Below are positions 45,037 through 54,377 of a stretch of 64,000 bases of DNA, in pieces. Below the pieces are notes generated by a model that did no database searches, was not told the DNA's origin, and saw nothing but the letters and a program-made list of their open reading frames with translations. Within the stretch, counting starts at the first letter, position 1; every line of letters starts with the position of its first letter. This DNA is from an uncultured Verrucomicrobia subdivision 3 bacterium (GTDB lineage Bacteria; Verrucomicrobiota; Verrucomicrobiia; Limisphaerales; UBA8199). A program made the position numbers and the translations under genes. The stretch lies in the NCBI GenBank assembly GCA_903913865.1, contig CAIWMU010000098.1:6696-70695 (forward strand), read 5' to 3'.

Positions 45037-46098
45037 ATGAGCAAGACAAGAGTCGCGATTGTTGGAGCTTCCGGTTATTCCGGAGAGGAGTTGGTGCGCC
45101 TGCTGCTGGGACATCCCCTGGTGGACCTGACGGCCGTCACTTCCCGCCAGTATGCCGGTCAGTCACTGGCCCAGATATTTCCACGATTTGGTCATCTGCC
45201 AGCGGCCCGGACCCTGAAATTCAGCGAGCCGAGGGCGGATGAGCTGGCGCATCGTGCCGATATCGTCTTTCTCGCCCTTCCGCACGGGGTGGCAGCCGAA
45301 TTTGCCATTCCGTTGAACGCCAAAGGGGTGGCTGTCATTGATCTCAGCGCCGATTTCCGGGTGAATGACCCGGCCGTTTACAAGGAGTTCTATGGTCATG
45401 ACCATCCCGCGCCGGAACTGTTGAAGGAGGCTGTTTATGGCTCCCCCGAGTTGTATCGCGAAAAAATCCGATCCTCGCGGCTGATCGCCTCGCCGGGCTG
45501 CTATCCCACCAGCATCCTGCTGCCATTGGTTCCGCTGCTGCGGGCGGGATTGATTTCCAGCGAGCATATCATCGCGGATTCCCTCAGCGGGGTAAGCGGG
45601 GCCGGGAGGAAGGCCGAGTTGGATTATCTGTTTGTGGAGTGCAATGAGAGTGTCCGACCCTACGGACTGCCCAAGCACCGGCACCTTTCGGAAATCGAGC
45701 AGGAATTGAGCATCGCGGCCGGGAGCCGGGTGGTGATCCAGTTCACGCCGCACCTGATTCCCGTGAACCGTGGCATTTTGACCACGCTCTACACTCAGCC
45801 GGTTGGAATGACCCGGGATGCGGCATCCGTTGCGGAGTTCGGGGCGAAGGTGGTGGCGTGTTATCAAGCAGCCTACAGTCAGGAGCCGTTCGTCCGGATT
45901 CTTGAGGGGAAGGCCCTGCCCGACACGAAGAACGTGGTGGGCACAAATGTTTTGGAGCTGGCCTGGAGGATTGATCCCCGCACAGGCCGGCTGATTGTGA
46001 TGTCCGCCGAGGACAATCTCGTCAAGGGAGCCAGTGGCCAGGCTGTGCAGAGCATGAATCTGCTGTGCGGCTTTCCCGAGACGGCAGGATTGCTTTGA
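45037..46098 (+). CDS. argC: N-acetyl-gamma-glutamyl-phosphate reductase
   Basis: GASGYSG, FLALPHG, DLSADFR, PGCYPT, SGVSGAG, DNLVKGASGQA. Confidence 0.97.
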   Translation: MSKTRVAIVGASGYSGEELVRLLLGHPLVDLTAVTSRQYAGQSLAQIFPRFGHLPAARTLKFSEPRADELAHRADIVFLALPHGVAAEFAIPLNAKGVAVIDLSADFRVNDPAVYKEFYGHDHPAPELLKEAVYGSPELYREKIRSSRLIASPGCYPTSILLPLVPLLRAGLISSEHIIADSLSGVSGAGRKAELDYLFVECNESVRPYGLPKHRHLSEIEQELSIAAGSRVVIQFTPHLIPVNRGILTTLYTQPVGMTRDAASVAEFGAKVVACYQAAYSQEPFVRILEGKALPDTKNVVGTNVLELAWRIDPRTGRLIVMSAEDNLVKGASGQAVQSMNLLCGFPETAGLL

Positions 46099-46120
46099 TT
46101 GGTTTTGTAGTGGCCTGACC

Positions 46121-46990
46121 CTATTTGGGGTCGGGCAGGGGGTGAAGTTCAAGGCGGCGGAAGAAAATTTCCGCCCCCTCGGACTGGACGATCAACTGCC
46201 CGGAGGTGTGGTTGAGTTTCAAAGCCCCGTTGACCCGCCTGCCGTTCACAAAATACTGCAGCGTATCCCCGGAGCAGATGGCCTCGATATGGGTCCACTC
46301 CCCGCCGGGGCTTTCGACATCCCGGCCGCCCCGGTAGCCCAGAGTATCGGCCCAGTCCGGGTCGCGACCCCACCAGTTGATGCGTCCGGTCTCGAACTCG
46401 GTTGGGACTCCATTGGTATCCCAGCACGGTTCCCCGTCGCGATCCTTGATGACCGGCGCGGTGGCAAAGTATTTTGCCATGGATCCATCCGGTTGGTATC
46501 CACCCAGCACGAGCATGTCCCCCACGCCGCCCTGGATGATCTGGAATTCATAGGAGCGTTTCCAGGGTCCGTTGAACTCTTTCGAGAGGTAGTTTCCATC
46601 CGGCCCCGTGCAGTGGAGGAGGATGCCGCTGTCCTTGGTGGCATTGGTGCGGGCCCCCCAGGTGGAGACACCCCAGCGGAATTCAGCCACAAGGCGGTAG
46701 TTGGTGAAGCGTTGGCGTGTGTAGAGGCCGCCGAAGTGCTGTCCACTGATGCGGATGGCCGGGGCGCCATCCACCTGATCCACCACCGAGAAAACCCGGT
46801 GCGGATCGTCGCGGTGGGTATCGACCAGCCACGTGTAAAAGGAGGAAAGATCCCGGCCATTGAAGAGTTGAATGACGGTGCGCGGGGTGATGACATCCCC
46901 CTCCGCTCCATCCTCAGGTGGTTGCGAGTCGGCCGCCGGAAGAGCGGTGGCGCATAGAAGGAGGCCCAGGAGCAGGATAAATTTTCGCAT
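46121..46990 (-). CDS. DUF1080 (3-keto-disaccharide hydrolase-like) secreted protein
   Basis: Signal peptide; LFNGRDL, NYRL..EFRWG, DSGIL, EFQI, GEW, Q.EGAEIFFR. Confidence 0.88.
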   Translation of the reverse strand: MRKFILLLGLLLCATALPAADSQPPEDGAEGDVITPRTVIQLFNGRDLSSFYTWLVDTHRDDPHRVFSVVDQVDGAPAIRISGQHFGGLYTRQRFTNYRLVAEFRWGVSTWGARTNATKDSGILLHCTGPDGNYLSKEFNGPWKRSYEFQIIQGGVGDMLVLGGYQPDGSMAKYFATAPVIKDRDGEPCWDTNGVPTEFETGRINWWGRDPDWADTLGYRGGRDVESPGGEWTHIEAICSGDTLQYFVNGRRVNGALKLNHTSGQLIVQSEGAEIFFRRLELHPLPDPK

Positions 46991-47024
46991 AAATGATGGA
47001 CGGATTGAGAAACATGCCTCCGGG

Positions 47025-49655
47025 TTACGTATGGCGCAACCTCAGCGTGAGTGATTGTTGATTTCCGACAAGGTAGCGGGTGAGGGCCGGTGACGACTGC
47101 TCATGGGTCTTTTGCAGGGTAACTTGCTCTTCGCGCGGGAGCACAAGTTCCGCGTTGCAACCCGGGGGCAGGGTGAGGGTGAGTTCCCGGTCCCCCCGCA
47201 GGCCCCGGGAGCTGAACCGGATCGGTCCCCGGGCGGTATGGGCGGTGAGTTGAAGGCTTTCGAGATCGCCTGGCTGCGGGCGGATTTCTGTGCGGTGAAA
47301 GCCGGGGGAAAGGGGGCGGATCCCCGCCAATCCCTGATAGGCGATATAAAGGGGAGCGACTGCGCAATGGCTCCATTGCTGGCCGGAATCGTGGCGGGCG
47401 GTCCAATCCTCCTGCAAGGTGTTGTTTTCGATGACAGAGGTCATCGTGGCCCAACGTTCACGCAGGTCCTTGAGGATGACGTCCGTCCTGCCCACTTTGG
47501 CGAGCGCCCACATTCGCCATCCGGCGTTGCAGGGATAGGAGAGGCCCATCTCCGGCGGTGTGTTGGCGAGGGCAAGGGCGGCCGCGCCGGTGCGATCTCC
47601 GGGGCACTGGTTGAAGAGGATGGCCGTGGCGAGGGAGCGGTCGCAGAGGCGGGGGGCTTTCTCCTCCGCGATCCACGGCAGGTTGTTGACGAAAACCCCC
47701 TTCTGGCGGTCCCAGAAGCTGCGGATGGCGGCGGATTGGATCGACTTGCCGAGGGTCGAGGCGGCTTCGGCATTGGCATGGTCTCCCAGGGCGGTTGCGA
47801 TGGGGGCGAGCGCATGCTGGAGCATGGCGGCGGTGTAGAGGTTGAAGGCGCACCGCTTGTGCCGTTGTTTCTGGTAGGCGTTATGATCGATCCATACGGA
47901 TGGAATGCCCAAATCCTCCACGGGCAGAAGACCGTCCTTCCCAATCAATCCCCGCAGGTATGCTGCGAAACGGAGGAGGCGTGGATAGGGTTCGTGCAGG
48001 GCAGTCAGATCACCGGTGTAGAGGTGGTAATGCCAGCAATCGAAGTTGAACCCGACGCCATGATCCAGAATGGGGCCCCAGCCGGTGAGGTCGAGCTGAC
48101 GTTCGATGAGGCGCGCGAGCCGGTCGTAGGCGGGCCAGCAGTCGAGGAAGAATCCGTCCTTGGTCTGACCCTGGCTGAAGGTGGTGATGAAGCGGGCGGG
48201 GAGCCGGGATTCCCCGAAGGCGAGGTGGATTGCGTGGGCCTGATGGCTGCCATCCCCGCTGTACTGCTGGCGTTCACGGGCCATGCCATCCACCAGGGTT
48301 TCCTGGGCGCAGTTGTGGAGGGTGTTCACCGAGGCATCCATCAGGCGCTGCAGAGCTGGTTCACTGATGCGGATGTCCGGTTCGTTGGGCCAGGGGAACT
48401 GGCGGCGGCGCACTCCCACCTGACTGATGATGACGGTGCCGCTGGATCCGTGGATGTGGAGCTGAAGCCAGCGAAGGCTTTCGAAATCAAAGGTCTCGAA
48501 GCGGTTTGAACCCTCGCGACAGATGAACCGGGACCAGGAATCGAAGTGGGAATTGATCAGTGCCGGGCCTCCCGGCTTGTGACCCTCGTGGACGAGCAGT
48601 TCAATGACCGTGCCTGCCGGGGCAATGATGGTGAAGCCGGGCCAACCGACCACCTGGGTGGCCAGTTCGAAGGTCAGCACCGCCCCCCGGCGGCCATCCA
48701 GCTCGACCTTCCAGGCACCACCGGTGGATTTGACCGGCACTGCGCACGGTTCCCGGACGGGGACAAAGGCATCCGGTGTGCGGCATTCAAAATACTCCCG
48801 GGGCGTCCGCCGCCATTCGAGCCAGAGGGATTCCCTGAGCTGGCTGACGGGAACCTGAGATTCGCGGAGCATGGGGATGCTGCGGGGCCGGAGTGTGGCA
48901 TCGGCAGGCCCCGAGCCCATTTCGAGCTGATAGTCGTTGAAGTTGGTGGAGATGGCCGGTTTGTTTGGCGACCCGGTCAGCTCCATCGCAGGAAGCCAGT
49001 CTGCATCCGGGGTGAATGTCGGGGTGGACCAACCATGGGGGTAGAGGCGGGCGTCGAACTCCTCCTGGAGAGCGCGGAGATACCAGCGCTTGTAATGGCC
49101 GGGAGTCCATGCGCGGGCGAGACATGCCCGCCAGGCGTTGTCTGAGCAGATCCTCTCCACCGTCCCATCGGATTGCTCAATCTCGAGCCAGAATAGAAAG
49201 CCGGGTTTGCCGAGGGGGGATGTTCCGTCCCCCTGCCCATAAAACAGGGCTGTGGCGCCGAGGACGTTCACCCCCGCCTGGAGCGAGGATGTCAGGTCGA
49301 GCGGGTCTGCCTCGGGCCAGCGGGGATCGGCCGGCGGCGGGCCCCATTGGATTCGATTTCCGTTGATCTCGAGCAGATAACGGCTGTCGGCAGCGATCCA
49401 GCCGGTGGCCCGCCGGGGTTTGGCGGCCAGGGTGAGCTTGCGGCGGAAGAGGACAAATGTGTTCGGCAGGCAGCGGCCGCTCGGATACCAGATCCACCGG
49501 GCCGGTTCGAGATCCGGCAACCGGGTTACCGGGGACGGCTGGGTCGCTGGAATGACAAAGGCATGACCGGCAGCCGAGGCGCGGGCGGGGTGGGTCGGGA
49601 CCAGACTGGCGGCCCCTGTCGCTGCGGAGAGTTTGAGAAAGTTCCTGCGATTCAT
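47025..49655 (-). CDS. Tat-exported GH78-like alpha-L-rhamnosidase
   Basis: MNRRNFLK twin-arginine signal (start trimmed from 49811); ADSRY.L.ING, VD..ARERQQYSGD, TLQEDW, SHC, G.RPLSPGF. Confidence 0.85.
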   Translation of the reverse strand: MNRRNFLKLSAATGAASLVPTHPARASAAGHAFVIPATQPSPVTRLPDLEPARWIWYPSGRCLPNTFVLFRRKLTLAAKPRRATGWIAADSRYLLEINGNRIQWGPPPADPRWPEADPLDLTSSLQAGVNVLGATALFYGQGDGTSPLGKPGFLFWLEIEQSDGTVERICSDNAWRACLARAWTPGHYKRWYLRALQEEFDARLYPHGWSTPTFTPDADWLPAMELTGSPNKPAISTNFNDYQLEMGSGPADATLRPRSIPMLRESQVPVSQLRESLWLEWRRTPREYFECRTPDAFVPVREPCAVPVKSTGGAWKVELDGRRGAVLTFELATQVVGWPGFTIIAPAGTVIELLVHEGHKPGGPALINSHFDSWSRFICREGSNRFETFDFESLRWLQLHIHGSSGTVIISQVGVRRRQFPWPNEPDIRISEPALQRLMDASVNTLHNCAQETLVDGMARERQQYSGDGSHQAHAIHLAFGESRLPARFITTFSQGQTKDGFFLDCWPAYDRLARLIERQLDLTGWGPILDHGVGFNFDCWHYHLYTGDLTALHEPYPRLLRFAAYLRGLIGKDGLLPVEDLGIPSVWIDHNAYQKQRHKRCAFNLYTAAMLQHALAPIATALGDHANAEAASTLGKSIQSAAIRSFWDRQKGVFVNNLPWIAEEKAPRLCDRSLATAILFNQCPGDRTGAAALALANTPPEMGLSYPCNAGWRMWALAKVGRTDVILKDLRERWATMTSVIENNTLQEDWTARHDSGQQWSHCAVAPLYIAYQGLAGIRPLSPGFHRTEIRPQPGDLESLQLTAHTARGPIRFSSRGLRGDRELTLTLPPGCNAELVLPREEQVTLQKTHEQSSPALTRYLVGNQQSLTLRLRHT

Positions 49656-49671
49656 TGGGGTTGAGAGGGGT

Positions 49672-50790
49672 TTACAACTTTCCGAATACCCATGCGATGC
49701 CGCGCTGGAGGCGTTCCGGAACGTGGTCGCTGTGCTTTCCAACCGGTTCATAAAAGGCGCAGCGGGCGGGCCGTTCGCGCAGCACCTCGTGCATCTTCCG
49801 CGCACCCTCATTGGCCTTGTAGGAATCCTGGGTGGGGCCTTCGACGTAAACCGCCTGTGTGTCCCGGAAAGCGCGGCGGTTCCGCTGCATCATGACGAGG
49901 GGATCGTTGTCGAGCCACCGCTGCCAAACCTTCTCCTGAACCGTCCCCTGTGCGTCGCAGAGCCATTCAAACTGACCCGGATGCCAGCGGCCGCGCGGGG
50001 CGTAGGCTGCTGAAAGTGCCACAGCATAACGGAGGTCTCCATCCTTCGGGGCTTCAGTCCCCGGGCGCTGATGAAAGAGGTCCTGAAGCTGTGCAGGGGA
50101 GATGTTTGTGACGGCCGGTTTGGTGACGAGATAGCGGTGGGAGATCTCAAAATAGGAATCGGGACTGAGGGCAACGACCCCGCCGAACAGTTTTGTGCGC
50201 ATCATCCCGAGGCGGAGCGCGCCGAATCCGCCGCTGGAATGGCCTGCGATGATGCGGTTGGTGGCACCCGGTGCGATCCGGTAGCGGGATTCCACGAGGG
50301 GGACGATCTCGTCGCAGATATAGTCGGCATAGTTGCCCTGCGCCCTGGAGTTCAGATACTGGCTTCCACCCCAGCGGGTTTTGGCATCCAACACCGCCAG
50401 ATACACCGGAGTTCCGGCGTGTGCCAGGTCCGAGGCCGTCTTGATCCAGCGGGCGGGATCCTTGATCGCATTTTCGGAGGAGCCTCCGAAGCCGGGCAGA
50501 TAGTAAACCACCGGCAGGGGTGTGCCGTTGGCGGCCTCGTCCGGAATGAACACCGCGATGCGCCTTGTGGCCGGGTCACCCAGGGGATTGTTCCGCAGGG
50601 ATTTGCTGGACAACTCCAGCACCTCCAGCCGGGGATCCGCCCGGAGGGTCAGGGCCGGGATCCAGAGGGCCATGGCTAGGAGTGCTGCCATGATGCGGGC
50701 AGCGGTTCCGGCCGCAGTCGCGGGGCTGCTAGGATGGGTTGTGTTTTGCACGGGGGAAACCTTGATTGGCCGGTCCTCTGAGACAAGCAA
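49672..50790 (-). CDS. putative esterase (alpha/beta hydrolase)
   Basis: NNPLGDP, PVVYYLPGF, WGGSQYLNS, nucleophile motif GHSSGG; true start probably 50751 or 50691. Confidence 0.82.
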   Translation of the reverse strand: MLVSEDRPIKVSPVQNTTHPSSPATAAGTAARIMAALLAMALWIPALTLRADPRLEVLELSSKSLRNNPLGDPATRRIAVFIPDEAANGTPLPVVYYLPGFGGSSENAIKDPARWIKTASDLAHAGTPVYLAVLDAKTRWGGSQYLNSRAQGNYADYICDEIVPLVESRYRIAPGATNRIIAGHSSGGFGALRLGMMRTKLFGGVVALSPDSYFEISHRYLVTKPAVTNISPAQLQDLFHQRPGTEAPKDGDLRYAVALSAAYAPRGRWHPGQFEWLCDAQGTVQEKVWQRWLDNDPLVMMQRNRRAFRDTQAVYVEGPTQDSYKANEGARKMHEVLRERPARCAFYEPVGKHSDHVPERLQRGIAWVFGKL

Positions 50791-50826
50791 AAACTGCCGC
50801 CGATCTGAAGATTGGCGACAGTTTTG
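50788..50826 (-). terminator. intrinsic terminator of fibre gene copy A
   Basis: Minus strand AACTGTCGCCAATC-TTCA-GATCGGCGGCAGTTTTTG. Confidence 0.75.
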
Positions 50827-50887
50827 TTCAAGTGCCGGAACACGGCCCGGCGTGTCGCGACGAAAGATCGTCGCCTTCCCGTGGTGA

Positions 50888-53800
50888 TTACCGGGCGGGG
50901 CCTAGCCGCTCAGCGAGCTGCCCGACGATCTGGCGCAGTTCGGCAAGCTGCCGCGTGAGTTCGGCATTTTCCAATTCCCGCTGCCGCAATCCGGCCCGGG
51001 TCTCCTCCAGCTTCTGGTTCAGGCCCTGGATGGCGCTGAGTGCGACACCATCGGCATCCACGGTGGCGATGCTTTTGTCACTGGAGCCGAGGTTGAAGGC
51101 GGCCATGAAATCCTGGGCCACGGGGCCGAGGTGGCGGGTTTGGGAGTCGGCCTTGTAGGCCCATTCCGTCACGGGCAGGGCAACCACCTTGTCCAGAATC
51201 GCCAGGGGATCGACCGGTTTGAAGTCCTGCTTCAGATTGCGGTCCGATCCCGGGTTGAAGGTGAGGCCGTAAACATTCATGTGGGAGAAGGCTGCGGAGT
51301 TCCAGAAGCCAATGTTCATGATTCCCGCGTTGCGGCTGCCGATTTCGACATCTCCACCGCTCCCATCACCGCCGATATAGGCACTTTCGCCGCCCCCACC
51401 ACTGATCTGGAGATAGGGGGTGGCAAGGCGGACGCCGCCCGCAGCCCGAACCGCGAACTCATTGTTTCCAGCTGAGGCGAACCGGGTAGTGGAGGAACTG
51501 TCGGACCAGACGAAGCTCCCCTGGTGCGAGGCCTGAGCATAAAAACCTGCAGCGACACTGTAGTGGCCGCTGGCGATGGAGAATGTTCCGAGGGCGGTGG
51601 AGTCCCAGCCGCTGGCGGTGGTTCCGTAGCCCATGGCTGTCGTATCATCGTTCGCCGCAATAGTTCCACGGCCCATGGCGGTGGAGTAGAGGCCGCTGGC
51701 GGTCGTGGTGTGACCCATGGCGGTTGCATAGCTGTTGCTCGCGCCGGTATTGTATCCCATGGCGGTGGAAGCCAACCCGGTGGCCCTAGTCCCCTGGCCG
51801 AGGGTCGTGGATGAATCCCCGCTGGCGGTTGTCGATCGACCCATGGCAGTGGAATAATTTCCACTGGCTGTGTTGGAGTAGCCGATGACCGTTGAGTAGA
51901 GGCCGCTGGCGATGGTGCCGACGCCCATGGCCGTCGCGAAATTATTGTTTGCAGTGGTGTTGTAGCCGATCGCCGTGGAATTGGGGGCGATGGCCTTTGA
52001 CCCCAGGCCCATGGCGGTCGAGGCATCCTGGCTGGCCACGGTGCCGGAACCTGAGGCGAAGGAGGAACTGCCGAGCGCACTTGTGCCATTGCCAAGCGCG
52101 GTGGATGAGGGACCCGCAGCGCGTGCCCCCGCACCGATGGCTGCAGCCCGCGTTCCAGAGGCCACACTGTCGGCGCCGATTGCGGTGGAGAACTGGCCGC
52201 TGGCGGTGCAGTTGATACCGATTGCGGTCGAGTAGAGTCCACTGGCGACGCTCCCGATGCCCATTGCTGTGGAGGCATCCCCGCTGGCGACTGTGCCGGA
52301 TCCCGTGGCCGTGGAATCCCTTCCGCTTGCGCTGGATCCGTTCCCCAACTCCATGTGGGTGGCCCGGATTGTGACCATGTCCGCGCCCTGAACAATCATG
52401 TTGCCGACCACGTGGAGGGGGACCTCGGGAAGAGTGGTGCCGATTCCCACGTAGTCATTTACCACCAGATCAACGTAGGAAAACACCGGTTGAAGGAGTG
52501 CGAGTCCGGAGGGAGTGTAGGCGGCAACAGCGAGAACACCTCCATCCCACACAACCCCTTCGGGCTGGCTGAGGTAGCTGATACCCGCCTGGCCATTCGG
52601 AAAGTAACCCTTTCTCACGGGATTTGATGGGTTGGTTGCGTCCACGAGGGTCACCGAATTCTCCGCTGATGAGGTTATGGCGAGAAGATTGCCCGAAAAT
52701 GCGACACGGCGGGGGTAGAACAGGGATGGGTAGCCCTCGACGCCGGGCTTGATCACGGATCGCAATATCGGGCTTGCAGGGTTGCTGATATCGACAAGTG
52801 TCACCGCCTGGGAACTGTCGGCGGCTATCGCAAGAATGTTGTTGGTCGAGATCGTGATGCCTGCATCTGTCATATTCAAGTTCGTGAAGCCACCCACACC
52901 CTGCCGGATTGTGGAGCGCAGTTGGGGGACGGCGGGGTTTGACACGTCAATCAAGCTGATTGCTGAGGAATCGTTTGCGACCACCACGAGGAGGTTTCCC
53001 GAAAACTTCAACTGTCTTGGACCGGCAAGATTACTGAAGCCGTTGAAACCGTCCTGAATGTAGCCTGCGAGGGTAGGGGCGTTGGGGTTGGACATGTTGA
53101 CGAGGGTCACCGCCTGGTCTCTCCACCCGCTCACCGCCAAAAGATTCCCTGTTGAGAAGGCCACATCCATTGCTCCACCCAGCAGTGAGAAGGCGCCCAC
53201 ACCATCCCGGAGCTCAGCCAGTTTGACTGGTGCGGCGGGGTTGGAAACACTCAGGATGGTGACGGCATTGTCCGCCTGGGCGGCGACGGCGAGAATCGAA
53301 CCGTTGAAGGCCAGGCCATAGATGCCGGCCAGGTTGGTAAACGAACCATCGCCATCGCGAACCTGGGATCGGAGGGAAGCAAATCTCGGGTTGGAAATAT
53401 TCATCAAGGTGACCCCACCATCCCAGCCCGCCGCCGCGAGCAGGTGATTTGTGGAAACGGCAAGGGTGGAGACGTAGGAGAGGTTTGTGTAGTTTGCAGT
53501 GCCATTTCCCACCTGAAACTGAAGGTTCGGCCTGTAAACCAGAGGGCCGGTGGCGATTTGCAGCCCGGCCTGCGGATTGGTGGACCCGATGCCGACCCAC
53601 CCCCTGGAATTTACCTGCAGGGCGTTGGTAAGGTCACCGGCGGGCGAGCCGAGTTGGGAGACAGCTCCCGGTGCAACTCCCAGCGCGGTTGTGGCCGTGG
53701 TGGCTGTCACTGCAGTGGCGGCGGTGCCTGAATTGGGGGCAAAGAGGGCGTAGGGCGTTGGAGTCAGGGCCTGCCTCGGGGACAGTGGTGCGAAAGTGGA

Positions 53801-54103
53801 CGCCCCGTTCGTCCGCACTCCGATCCCGAGCCAGCGGTTCGCACCGGAGAACTGGTTGCCAAAATCCAAAGTGGCTGTGAACAAGCCGTTGCTCACAAGA
53901 ACCGGGCTGTTCACGAGTGTCTGTCCGAGCTGGTCAGTCCCTGACTCACTGCCGTAGAGGGCGAACTGAAAGTCATACAACCCGGTGGCCGGGCCGCCGC
54001 TGCTGATCAGCCTCCCCTGGTAAGTGAAGGAGGTGGGCTGCGCCAGGACCGGGAGGGTGGATGCCAAAAGTGCAACGAGGAGTAGTAATGGTCTGGTGTA
54101 CAT
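50888..54103 (-). CDS. secreted fibre/adhesin-like protein A: FTYQG N-domain, LVIVD-like repeats, 19 YadA-head-like repeats, peptidase S74 chaperone
   Basis: Signal peptide; FTYQGRL...PRQALTPTPYA; ~50-aa SGNLL..V.LID.SNP..P repeats; 14-aa ASGxxSTAxG repeats; SDRNLK...HLGPVAQDF; coiled-coil tail. Confidence 0.85.
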   Translation of the reverse strand: MYTRPLLLLVALLASTLPVLAQPTSFTYQGRLISSGGPATGLYDFQFALYGSESGTDQLGQTLVNSPVLVSNGLFTATLDFGNQFSGANRWLGIGVRTNGASTFAPLSPRQALTPTPYALFAPNSGTAATAVTATTATTALGVAPGAVSQLGSPAGDLTNALQVNSRGWVGIGSTNPQAGLQIATGPLVYRPNLQFQVGNGTANYTNLSYVSTLAVSTNHLLAAAGWDGGVTLMNISNPRFASLRSQVRDGDGSFTNLAGIYGLAFNGSILAVAAQADNAVTILSVSNPAAPVKLAELRDGVGAFSLLGGAMDVAFSTGNLLAVSGWRDQAVTLVNMSNPNAPTLAGYIQDGFNGFSNLAGPRQLKFSGNLLVVVANDSSAISLIDVSNPAVPQLRSTIRQGVGGFTNLNMTDAGITISTNNILAIAADSSQAVTLVDISNPASPILRSVIKPGVEGYPSLFYPRRVAFSGNLLAITSSAENSVTLVDATNPSNPVRKGYFPNGQAGISYLSQPEGVVWDGGVLAVAAYTPSGLALLQPVFSYVDLVVNDYVGIGTTLPEVPLHVVGNMIVQGADMVTIRATHMELGNGSSASGRDSTATGSGTVASGDASTAMGIGSVASGLYSTAIGINCTASGQFSTAIGADSVASGTRAAAIGAGARAAGPSSTALGNGTSALGSSSFASGSGTVASQDASTAMGLGSKAIAPNSTAIGYNTTANNNFATAMGVGTIASGLYSTVIGYSNTASGNYSTAMGRSTTASGDSSTTLGQGTRATGLASTAMGYNTGASNSYATAMGHTTTASGLYSTAMGRGTIAANDDTTAMGYGTTASGWDSTALGTFSIASGHYSVAAGFYAQASHQGSFVWSDSSSTTRFASAGNNEFAVRAAGGVRLATPYLQISGGGGESAYIGGDGSGGDVEIGSRNAGIMNIGFWNSAAFSHMNVYGLTFNPGSDRNLKQDFKPVDPLAILDKVVALPVTEWAYKADSQTRHLGPVAQDFMAAFNLGSSDKSIATVDADGVALSAIQGLNQKLEETRAGLRQRELENAELTRQLAELRQIVGQLAERLGPAR

Positions 54104-54275
54104 TTGTGGTTGTTTGGAAGGGGTGGTGTCGCTCAATGGATTTGGTTTCAAAAGTGCTGAAGGAAGTTTAGCTGGCTCCATCGCACTGTGCAAGCTGAGG
54201 ATAAGGATCGCGAAATGTAAATATTACTCTTACTCAGGCTAGAGGGCCAACACATTTGCTGCCCCGGGCCAAAGG

Positions 54276-54314
54276 CAAAAACTGTCGCCGATCCGAAGAT
54301 TGGCGACAGTTCTG
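54276..54314 (-). terminator. intrinsic terminator of fibre gene copy B
   Basis: Minus strand AACTGTCGCCAATC-TTCG-GATCGGCGACAGTTTTTG; paralogue of 50788-50826. Confidence 0.8.
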
Positions 54315-54377
54315 TTCAAGTTTGGGCACCCGGCCCGGCGTGCCGCGGCGAAAGAGCGTCGCCTTCCCGGGTGTTGA

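Noticed and set aside
49656-49811. Cys-rich N-terminal extension of the GH78 ORF
   Set aside because: It overlaps the esterase gene; the Tat signal at 49655 marks the real start
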